A DNA stretch of 64,000 bases from Eledone cirrhosa (taxonomy: Eukaryota): the NCBI GenBank assembly GCA_964016885.1, contig OZ024743.1, forward strand, positions 342,674,001-342,738,000. Direction: 5' to 3'. The notes beneath the pieces are model-generated. The model was not told the origin of the DNA, did no database searches, and worked only from the letters and a program-made list of their open reading frames with translations. Below are positions 1-9,651 of this stretch, piece by piece. The stretch's first letter is position 1, and each line of letters starts with the position of its first letter. The position numbers and the translations under genes are program-made.

Positions 1-1002
1 GTATCACCAATAGTGATCTACGCCACCATAACAAAACTTCTAATATTACTTTCACCCAATCACCTTTTCGACTTCGTTTTCTCTTTCTATCATCAAAAGA
101 TGGCACGAGCACTATTTTGATTTACACTTCTCTATTTGTACATACACACATACCGCTCTACTCCCAGACCTCCCACAATCCCTTCTCTCCCCCTTCTCCC
201 CCCCCCCTCTCTCACTTTATACATATACATATTCAAAATACCACAATAGATAATTTTCCTCAGAAAGTTAAGCACTTACCAAAACTAATATTAGTAACCA
301 CTTACTATGAAGTTTTGAACTATTAAAGAATACCAACCACCAGTAAAGTCATTCTTCTCTTTTTTCATATCTAAATGGAGGCTCAGACAGGTATGTGAGA
401 CAAGATTGTAACGAAGCAATTGTACGTTAGTGTATGTATATATATATATATAAATATATTTATCTCTTTCTCTCTTACTTTTTATTTTAACCCTTTACTA
501 TATTTTTTGTATTTTTTGGCATTTTTATTTCGCCAATTCATGAACTCAATACACTATATTAGTACGGCGTCCACTCACCAACATTTCGCCTATCAAACAT
601 CGTATTTCTTTTTATGTTATTGTTATCATTACTGTCATCACTATTTTACACATCCACCTACTCACCATTATAACTTCAACTACCACCACCACTATTACTA
701 TTATCAGTAACCGTATTTTTTATTATTTTTATTATTTTTTATTATTGATATTATTGTTTTCATTTACTTTATTCTCCGATGTATCTATAAATACCAGTGC
801 CCTGTCTTACACCCTTCAGTAGTTCGATCATTTGATCAGAGACAGACACTGTAATTAAGGTTGAGTGACGCAATTTCTAGCGATAAGCGGCCTTTAGACT
901 CACCTGATTAATGAAACAATTGTTAATACTGTAAATAAACCCTTTTCGTACAGCCGACCATGTTATTCTTCACTCTTTCACCATATTTATAAATATATAT
1001 GC

Positions 1003-1088
1003 ATATATGCGTGTGTGTGTGGGTGTGTGTTTGTGTGTGTGTGTGTATGTGTGTGGGTGTGGGTGTGGGTGGGTGGGCGTGTGGGTGT

Positions 1089-1150
<62 letters not shown>

Positions 1151-1176
1151 GAGCGTATGTGTGCGTGAGTGTGTGT
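1003..1176. repeat. (TG)n microsatellite
   Basis: Direct. Confidence 0.95.
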
Positions 1177-1177
1177 G

Positions 1178-1305
1178 GAGGTGCGTGGCCTAGTGGTAAG
1201 GGTGTTGGACGTACGATCATAATGTCGTGGGTTCGAATCCTGGGTGGGTGGGTTGTGTCTAATATTCTTGAGCGAAGACACTTCAATTCACGTTGCCCCA
1301 GTATG
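1178..1305 (+). mobile_element. tRNA-derived SINE head
   Basis: TGGCCTAGTGG A box, GGTTCGAATCC B box. Confidence 0.75.
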
Positions 1306-1359
1306 GTCACCTGAAAATAATATAGTTATATATGTGTGTGTGTCTGGGTGTGTGTGCGA

Positions 1360-1686
1360 TAATTGTTTTTACTTTAGGCACAAAATCACTAATTTGGAGA
1401 GGAGGGGAAAATAGATTAAATCGACACCAGTGTGTGACTGGTACTTTATTTTATCGACCCCGTAAGGAGGAGAGGCAAAGTTAACCGCAGCAGGATTTGC
1501 ACTCAGACCGTAAAGGACCGCATCTCTGTCGGACGCCATGCTTTGCAGCATAGAATTATGGCCCTTGCCATTCTGAGTTCAAATTCCGCCGAGGTAAACT
1601 TTGCCTTTCATCCTTACGGGGTTGACAAAATAAAGTACCAGTAATGTACTGAGTAATTGCTGGCCTTGTGCCAAAAGTAGAAACAA
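1360..1686. mobile_element. Two truncated tRNA-SINEs joined head-to-head; the + copy ends in the (TTA)n that hosts the LINE array
   Basis: Shared core ctttgcctttcatccttacggggtcgataaaataaagtaccagt in both orientations. Confidence 0.75.
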
Positions 1687-1696
1687 TTATTATTAA

Positions 1697-1742
<46 letters not shown>

Positions 1743-1746
1743 GTTG

Positions 1747-2634
1747 TTCTTTGAGTCTCAGTCATTGATGTTAGTTAACTGGAAAGTTTGTTGAAATGAA
1801 TATCAAGCCACTACCTGCAGCCTCAGATATTCAGGACGTATCGGAGGGTTCTTGCTGTTCCCAGAAAGCTTGCCTTTTGAAGCGTTCCAAAAAGCGTGGC
1901 GGGGCCAATTTTCTTTAACCATCCCTGGAAACTTTTTGAGATAGTCCCTAGTGCGCCTATGACAATCGGGACCACTTTGACTTTATGGCAGTTCCAAATC
2001 CTTTTTACCTCCCACTTTAAGTCCTGGTATCGGTTAATTTTCTCCCTCACCTTCTCTTGCACTCTCGTGTCGAATGGGCAGGCCACATCCACAATCAGGC
2101 ACGATTTTTTTTCCTTGTCCAAAACCACCAGGTCAGGTCTATTGTGTTCCAGTTTCTTGTCCGTCTGTATCCTAAAATCCCACAGCACCTTCACCTGATC
2201 GTTTTCTATCACCGATTCTGGCTTATGCTCATACCACTTCTCAGAATGTGGTAAATTGTTTACTTTGCATAGGTGCCAGTGGATCACCCTGCCCATCACA
2301 TCATGTCTCCAGCCCTTATAGTGAGTCTGGGCTAGGTGTTTACACTCGGATACAATGTGAGCCACAGTCTCCTCTCTCTCCCTCCACAGATCCTGCACAG
2401 TGGGCTAGCCTCCTCCTTGTAAATATGGTGTTTCAACCACTTCGTTTTGAAGACCTGCTCTTGCGCAGCCATTAGCATTCCTTCTGTAGCCTTTTTAAGG
2501 TCTCCTCTTTTCAACCAGTTCCATGTCTGTGGATCTCTGAATTCAGTTTTCTCAAAGAAGGTACTATGAAGGGATTTTTCATGAAGGCTGCTCTTTCTCC
2601 TCGTTGTTATTTCCTTCTTGGACATCCCCTGGTC

Positions 2635-2636
<2 letters not shown>
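1747..2636 (-). mobile_element. 5'-truncated R4/Dong LINE copy 1
   Basis: ORF fragments 1823-2398 and 2332-2691 match the C-terminus of the 1129-aa ORF; same 3'UTR; (TAT)n on both sides. Confidence 0.93.
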
Positions 2637-2665
<29 letters not shown>

Positions 2666-2673
2666 GTTATTAG

Positions 2674-4294
2674 TCTTTGAGTCTCAGTCATTGATGTTAG
2701 TTAACTGGAAAGTTTGTTGAAATGAATATCAAGCCACTACCTGCAGCCTCAGATATTCAGGACGTATCGGAGGGTTCTTGCTGTTCCCAGCAAGCATGCC
2801 TTTTGAAGCGTTCCAAAAAGCGTGAAGGGGCCAATTTTCTTTAACCATCCCTGGAAACTTTTTGAGATAGTCCCTAGTGCGCCTATGACAATCGGGATCA
2901 CTTTGACTTCATGGCAGTTCCAAATCCTTTTTACCTCCCACTTTAAGTCCTGGTATCGGTTAATTTTCTTCCTCTCCTTCTCTTGCACTCTCGTGTCGAA
3001 TGGGCAAGCCACATCCACAATCAGGCACGATCTTTTTTCTTTGTCCACAACCACCAGGTCAGGTCTATTGTGTTCCAGTTTCTTGTCCGTCTGTATCCTA
3101 AAATCCCACAGCACCTTCACCTGATCGTTTTCTATCACAGCCTCTGACTTATGCTCATACCATTTCTCAGAATGTGGTAAATTGTTTACTTTGCATAGGT
3201 GCCAGTGGATCACCCTGCCCATCACATCATGTCTCCAGCCCTTATAGTGAGTCTGGGCTAGGTGTTTACACTCGGATACAATGTGAGCCACAGTCTCCTC
3301 TCTCTCCCTCCACAGATCCTGCACAGTGGGCTAGCCTCCTCCTTGTAAATATGGTGTTTCAACCACTTCGTTTTGAGGGCCTGCTCCTGCGCAGCCATTA
3401 GCATTCCTTCTGTAGCCTTTTTAAGGTCTCCTCTTTTCAACCAGTTCCATGTCTGTGGATCTCTAAATTTAGTTTTCTCAAAGAAGGTACTATGAAGGGA
3501 TTTTTCATGAAGGCTGCTCTTTCTCCTTGATGTTATTTCCTCCTTGGACATCCCCTGGCCTATTCTCCCCTCCTTCAGTACAGTTCTGACCATTGGCTCC
3601 TTACTAACAGTCACGTATTTGTGTAGGTTGTTTTTCTCCATCTGAACACAGTCCTCTATGCTGATAAGACCTCATCCACCTTCAGATCTCCTTAAGTAGA
3701 ATCTATCGACATCACTCCTCTTGTGGAACATGTTGTAGATAGTCAATAGCTTCCTAGTCTTCCTATCCATTTCTTTTTGTTCAGCAACATTCCATCTCAG
3801 AATTCCCGCACTGTACCTAATAATAGACACAGCTCGGGAATTTACTGCACTTATGGTATTCCTACAGTTCAGATGTGACTTTAATACGCTCCTGACTCTC
3901 CGAATGTATTCAGTTCTTATCAATTCCTTCATTTTTTTGTTCTTGATGTCATCAGCCTCCAGAACGCCCAAATACTTGTATCCTTCTTCAGAGTCAATTT
4001 CCTTTATCATCTCACCTGTTGGTACCTGGATTCCGTTACTTCTGCTCAACTTACCCCCTCTTCATCACAATGACTCCACACTTACTAATACCAAATTGCA
4101 TACATATATCATTGCTGAAAATACGGACAGTGTCAACAAGCACATCCAACTCCTTCTCACTCTTCCCGAAGAACTTAAGATCGTCCATGAAGAGGAGGTG
4201 ATTGATGGTAAGCCCTCCCTTTCCCAACCTGTATCCTGCTCTCACTTTTCGCAGTACACTGGTCAGGGGCATCAGGGCAAGGACAAACAACAGA
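2674..4294 (-). mobile_element. 5'-truncated, frameshifted R4/Dong LINE copy 2
   Basis: ORF pieces 4051-4290, 3672-4049, 3258-3641 and 2749-3324 are collinear with the RT-RLE; (TAT)n on both sides. Confidence 0.93.
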
Positions 4295-4295
4295 C

Positions 4296-4326
<31 letters not shown>

Positions 4327-4333
4327 GTTGTTA

Positions 4334-7300
4334 TTCCTTGAATCTCAGTCATTGATGTTGGTTAACTGGAAAGTCCGTTGGAATGAATATCAAGCCACTA
4401 CCTGCAGCCTCAGATATTCAGGACGTATCGGAGGGTTCTTGCTGTTCCAAGCAAGCATGCCTTTTGAAGCGTTCCAAAAAGCGTGAAGGGGCCGATTTTC
4501 TTTAACCATCCCTGGAAACTTTTGGAGATAGTCCCCAGTGCGCCTATGACAATCGGGATCACTTTGACTTCATGGCAGTTCCAAATCCTTTTCACCTCCC
4601 ACTTTAGGTCCTGGTATCGGTTAATTTTCTCCCTCTCCTTCTCTTGCACTCTCGTGTCGAACGGGCAGGCCACATCCACAATCAGACACGATCTTTTTTC
4701 CTTGTCCACAACCACCAGGTCAGGTCTATTGTGTTCCAGTTTTTTGTCCGTCTGTATCCTAAAATCCCACAGCACCTTCACCTGATTGTTCTCCATCACC
4801 GCCTCTGGCCTATGCTCATACCATTTCTCAGAATGTGGTAAATTGTTTACATTGCACAGGTGCCAGTGGATCACCCTGCCCATCACATCGTGTCTCCAGC
4901 CCTTATAGTGGGTCTGGGCTAGGTGTTTACACTCGGACACAATGTGAACCACAGTCTCCTCTCTCTCTCCACAGATCCTGCACAGTGGGCTAGCCTCCTC
5001 CTTGTAAATATGGTGCTTCAACCACTTCATTTTGAGGGCCTGCTCCTGCGCAGCCATTATCATTCCTTCTGTAGCCTTTTTGAGGTCTCCTCTTCTCAAC
5101 CAGTTCCATGTCTGTGGATCTCTAAATTCAGTTTTCTCGAAGAAGATACTATGAAGGGATTTTCCCTTAAGGCTGCTCTTCCTCCTTGATGTCATTTCCT
5201 CCTTGGACATCCCCTGGCCTACTGTCCCCTCCTTCAGTACAGTTTTGAGCATTGGCTCCTTACTATAGGTCACGTATTTGTATAGGTTGTTTTTCTCCAT
5301 CTGAACACAGTCCTCTATGCTGATAAGACCTCTTCCACCCTCAGATCTCCTTAGGTAGAGTCTATCGACATCACTCCTCTTGTGGAACATGTTGTAGATA
5401 GTCAATAGCTTCCTACTCTTCCTATCCATTTCTTTTTGTTCAGCAACATTCCATCTCAGAATTCCCGCACTGTACCTAATAATAGACACAGCTCGGGAAT
5501 TTACTGCGCTTATGGCATTTCTGCTGTTCAGATGTGACTTCAATACGCTCCTTACTCTCCGAATGTATTCAGTTCTTAACAATTCCTTCATTTTTTTGTT
5601 CTTTATGCCATCAGCCTCCAGAACGCCCAAATACTTGTATCCTTCCTCAGAGTCAATTTCCTTTATCATCTCACCTGTTGGTATCTGGATCCCGCTACTT
5701 CTGCTCAACCTACCCCTCCTCATCACAATGACTCCACATTTACCAATACCAAACTGCATACATATATCACTGCTGAAAATACGGACAGTGTCAACAAGGA
5801 CATCCAACTCCTTCTCACTTTTCCCGAAGAGCTTAAGATCGTCCATGAAGAGGAGGTGATTGATGGTAAGCTCTCCCTTTCCCAACTTGTATCCTGCTCT
5901 CACTTTTCGCAGCATAATGGTCAAGGGCATTAGGGCAAGGACAAACAACAGAGGGGACAGGCTATCTCCCTGGAAGATACCTCTCTTGATCTTCACGCTT
6001 CCCAAGGATACTACAGTTGATGTCAACTCTGTCTCCCAGGATCCCATACTCCTGCCCAGCAACTGTCTGATGTTATCTGCCACCCTGAAGATCTCCAGGC
6101 TTTTGGTGATCCAAGAATGAGGCACCATGTCAAATGCCTTTCTGTAGTCTATCCATCCCATGGCAAGATCAGTGTGTCTCCTCCTGCAATTCCCCATTAC
6201 CATCTTATCAATAAGTAACTGGTCCTTTGTACCACGTGACTTCTTTCGGCATCCTTTCTGTTCGTCCGGTAACAAGTTATTTGTGTGGAGGTGATGGTAG
6301 ATTTCCTCAGACACAATGCTCGTCAACAGTTTCCACATTACGGACAGACATGTGATAGGTCTATAGTTGGTAACATCATTACCCTTGATTCGGTCTTTCA
6401 TTATCAGAACTGTGGTACCTTTTGTCAACCACTCTGGCACCTCACCCGACACCAAGCAGTCATTGAACATGGCCGTCAGCTTCGGGTGGAGGGATGTTAA
6501 ATGTTTAATCCAATACCCCTGCACACCATCTGGGCCTGGTGATTTCCAGTTGGTTAGTTTTTTGGCCTGCCCCTTAAGAGTTTCAACTGTGATACTCAAG
6601 TCAGTTTGTTGTTGTGCCTGCTCACCGATCTCCCTCTGTACTGTCTCAATCCACCCTGCCTGGGCATTATGTCTGACATCCTGCTCCCATATTTCTCTCC
6701 AGAATGTTTTAGTTTGTTCCGCCCCAGGGATCAAGTCGTTGCCTCTTTCTTTCCCCTCAAGCTGTCCAAACAGCATCTTCTGGTTGTTGTCGAACATGCG
6801 GTTCTGTTTATACTGACTGACTCTGTTCTCGTATCGCCTGATTTTTGCACTCTTTGCTACAATGCGTTGCTTCAATTCCTCTATGATAATATTTAGCTTT
6901 TTACTCCTAGTTTTGTATTTTATTTCCAGTCTATTTTTAGTGCCTATGTTTTTTAGTGTCCCATTCAGTAGTGACTCAAGCTTTCCTATGTCATTTCTCA
7001 TTTCCCCGATTTGCCCACTCAGTCGCTTCTTCCACCACGGCTCTGCTCTTTCTTGTCTGTTGTTTCCTCTCGCTTTTATACCAAGTAGTTTCCTCACCGT
7101 ATTTGCTGTTGCTTTGAGGATATTGTTACACTGGTGAAGGCTCCTCGCCTCAAGGTATGGGATGACTTTGTTTACCTTAGCTGTTGTTTCTTTTAACTTT
7201 TTCCTGTCTACAAATCTTAGGTTCATAGGTCTCCCACTATCATTGTTCAATTCATCTACCACTAAATTTAGGATGTCAACCGAATCTTGTCCTAGCCCGT

Positions 7301-8883
7301 CAGCATTCATCTCCTCAGTGGCCGTATCTATGTTCCAGGTATTATTTATCTCAGTATTCAGATCGTTGTCTGTTTCAGGTGGTTCCTCCGTTCTCAGGAC
7401 CTCTTCACCTTCATTTCCCACTGGCTCGCTTGTCTGGCATACTACACCCGCCATCTCCAAGCCATTCTCTCTGCTCAGTTCCTCCAGTTCCAGCTCGCTT
7501 ATCCACCCATTAGTTCTTATTACCCGAGCCTGCCCGGCCAATTTTTGTTCATCTAATTTAAATAAACCAATCTCGTTCCAGATGTTATGCATCTGTCTCC
7601 TGTAGCCCCTCTCCTTGGGGTTACTTTTCAGGTAGCATTGCATAACAGTTCTATTCAATTCTTTCGTCCAGTTGGTTCTGGCCCCTTTCCTTCTTCTTCC
7701 TCCAACATCAGCAGTATTTGGTTGACAGTCAGGTTCCTGCTGCTGAGCCAGGGGGCACCTGTTGGGTGAGAGTCTGTCACATGACGTTCTAGTCTCCATT
7801 TCACCGTTATTCGAACTGTTTATGTTCGATATTTAAACACTCTTATCGAGGATTGGCGAATGTATGGTTACATAGCCATCTGTGGATCCGCCATCCCACT
7901 TGGCCCTTGTGTGGCATTATCACCACGCTGTATACGAACACACATAAACAAACAAACACACAGGCAGAAAGGGCCCCAAAAATGAATAAGCATAAGTTTC
8001 ATTGTAATGTAGTGTTCGAATGTCTGACTTAGTTTTTGTTTTTTAAGTTTTAGTTTTTCCCCCCCTCTTCTCTGTCCGTCCGCCTGCTTCTCTCTTCATT
8101 CTTATTTTCTTTACGTTTTTGGGGTTTCTTTTTTTGTTTTTGTTTTTCTCTGTTTGTTTTTCTCGTTTTTGCTGTTGTTGCTGTGCTGCTTTGGTTTTGT
8201 TGTTTGTTTTTTCTTTTTTCTTTTGAGTCTATCTATATATATATTTTGATGCCTTCCTCTTTGTTAGTAGTAGGAATTCTATAATGTGGAAGTAGCAGCC
8301 AGCAGGGAGAAGTGGGAGACTGGCGGCGGTAGCGATACTGAGACAGTGGTGGTGGTGATGTCGATACCGTGGCAGCGGTGGCGGTGATGTGACCGTATTA
8401 CTGTAGTGATGGTGCTGTAGCGGTGGCAGCAGTGAAGGAGTGAAGGGGTGGTGGCGGCGGTGATGGGATAGTGGTGGTAATGATGGCCGTAGTGAGCGGT
8501 GGCGGTGGTGGTGAAATTGCCGTTATCTGGCTGTTGTGTTTAGTGTACACAGATGATGGGGTGGGTGGTGTATCTAGTTTCTGGTGTTGGTGAGTTTGGC
8601 TGTCCTATATAGTGTAGGCAGAGGAGAGGAGGGGGGGGGTTCTTCTTCCATTTATAGCCATTTTCTTTTTTGGATATACAGTGTACAATACAAAGTTGAA
8701 TATTTGAATATTTGAGCCTTATAACAATATATTTTGGGTCCGAATTTTTTGGGGCTCAAGCCGGGTGCTTTACGTAGCATTTGTACTAAGAGTTGTTATT
8801 TCACAAATGATTTAAATATGTTAAAAATTCAAAACTTACGGGAGCGATTTCATGACCTCCGTCACCTCGTGCGTCTTCTTCCC
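4334..8883 (-). mobile_element. Putative full-length R4/Dong LINE (copy 3), bounded by (TAA)n on both sides, with about 1.1 kb of 5' leader
   Basis: Intact ORF; short 3'UTR ending in (AAT)n at about 4334; leader segment 7995-8036 matches 20140-20180 upstream of the decayed + strand copy; the next (TAA)n starts at 8884. The 5' boundary is less certain than the 3' boundary. Confidence 0.8.
4410..7799 (-). CDS. Intact single ORF (1129 aa) of an R4/Dong-clade non-LTR retrotransposon: reverse transcriptase + CCHC zinc knuckle + restriction-like endonuclease
   Basis: Uninterrupted ORF with RT motifs KSPGPDG, YRPITCL, DYRKAFD, QGDSLSP, FMDD, YKYLG; CRIC..ETVVHIVSEC knuckle; RHD; RPDLV..DVACP..EK..RY (PD-D/ExK RLE); C-terminal GTARTLRYVL. 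Confidence 0.95.
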   Translation of the reverse strand: METRTSCDRLSPNRCPLAQQQEPDCQPNTADVGGRRRKGARTNWTKELNRTVMQCYLKSNPKERGYRRQMHNIWNEIGLFKLDEQKLAGQARVIRTNGWISELELEELSRENGLEMAGVVCQTSEPVGNEGEEVLRTEEPPETDNDLNTEINNTWNIDTATEEMNADGLGQDSVDILNLVVDELNNDSGRPMNLRFVDRKKLKETTAKVNKVIPYLEARSLHQCNNILKATANTVRKLLGIKARGNNRQERAEPWWKKRLSGQIGEMRNDIGKLESLLNGTLKNIGTKNRLEIKYKTRSKKLNIIIEELKQRIVAKSAKIRRYENRVSQYKQNRMFDNNQKMLFGQLEGKERGNDLIPGAEQTKTFWREIWEQDVRHNAQAGWIETVQREIGEQAQQQTDLSITVETLKGQAKKLTNWKSPGPDGVQGYWIKHLTSLHPKLTAMFNDCLVSGEVPEWLTKGTTVLIMKDRIKGNDVTNYRPITCLSVMWKLLTSIVSEEIYHHLHTNNLLPDEQKGCRKKSRGTKDQLLIDKMVMGNCRRRHTDLAMGWIDYRKAFDMVPHSWITKSLEIFRVADNIRQLLGRSMGSWETELTSTVVSLGSVKIKRGIFQGDSLSPLLFVLALMPLTIMLRKVRAGYKLGKGELTINHLLFMDDLKLFGKSEKELDVLVDTVRIFSSDICMQFGIGKCGVIVMRRGRLSRSSGIQIPTGEMIKEIDSEEGYKYLGVLEADGIKNKKMKELLRTEYIRRVRSVLKSHLNSRNAISAVNSRAVSIIRYSAGILRWNVAEQKEMDRKSRKLLTIYNMFHKRSDVDRLYLRRSEGGRGLISIEDCVQMEKNNLYKYVTYSKEPMLKTVLKEGTVGQGMSKEEMTSRRKSSLKGKSLHSIFFEKTEFRDPQTWNWLRRGDLKKATEGMIMAAQEQALKMKWLKHHIYKEEASPLCRICGEREETVVHIVSECKHLAQTHYKGWRHDVMGRVIHWHLCNVNNLPHSEKWYEHRPEAVMENNQVKVLWDFRIQTDKKLEHNRPDLVVVDKEKRSCLIVDVACPFDTRVQEKEREKINRYQDLKWEVKRIWNCHEVKVIPIVIGALGTISKSFQGWLKKIGPFTLFGTLQKACLLGTARTLRYVLNI

Positions 8884-8930
<47 letters not shown>

Positions 8931-8933
<3 letters not shown>

Positions 8934-9552
8934 TTTGAGTCTCAGTCATTGATGTTATTTAACTGGAAAGTTTGTTGAAATGAATATCAAGCCGCTACCT
9001 GCAGCCTCAGATATTTAGGACGTATCGGAGGGTTCTTGTTTTTTGAAGTGTTCCAAAAAGCGGGGCTGGACTAATTTTCTTTAACTATCCTTCGAAACTC
9101 TTTGAGATAGTACCTAGTTCCCCTATGACAATCGGGACCTACCTGACTTCATGGCAGTTCCAAATCCTTTTTACCTCCCACTTTAAGTCCTGGTATCGGT
9201 TAATTTTCTCCCTCTCCTTCTCTTCCACTCTCGTGTCAAATGTGCAGGCTACATCTACAATCAGGCACGATCTTTTTTCCTTGTCCAAAACCACCAGGTC
9301 AGGTCTATTGTGTTCCAGTTTCTTGTCCGTCTGTATCCTAAAATCCCACAGCACCTTCACCTGATCGTTTTCTATCACCGACTCTGCCTTTGCTCATACC
9401 ACTTCTCACGATGTGGTAAATTGTTTACTTTGCATAGGTGCCAGTGGATCACCCTGCCCATCACATCATGTCTCCAGCCCTTATAGTGAGTCTGGGCTAG
9501 GTGTTTACACTCGGGTACAATGTGAGTCACAGTCTCCTCTCTCTCTCCACAG
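8931..9552 (-). mobile_element. 5'-truncated R4/Dong LINE copy 4, joined at its 5' end to a tRNA-SINE head
   Basis: RLE fragments 9139-9378 and 9375-9552; same 3'UTR and (TAA)n tail. Confidence 0.9.
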
Positions 9553-9651
9553 AAGTGTTTTGCCCAAGGACATAACGCATCGCCCGGTCCGGGAATCGAA
9601 CTCACAACCTCGCGATTGAGAGTCCATTCTCTAACCACTCAGCCACGCACC
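9553..9651 (-). mobile_element. tRNA-derived SINE 5' portion with Pol III A and B boxes
   Basis: Minus strand reads GGTGCGTGGCTGAGTGGTTAG (A box) ... GAGTTCGATTCCCG (B box); similar to the SINE at 1178. Confidence 0.8.

Noticed and set aside
1178-1245. Possible tRNA genes here and at 9553-9651
   Set aside because: A and B boxes are present but there is no acceptor stem or cloverleaf, and they continue into SINE body sequence
1896-7769. Plus-strand ORFs over the Dong copies, and the antisense ORFs over Tx1 and the GPCR
   Set aside because: Shadow frames of the real coding strand, with no recognisable motifs
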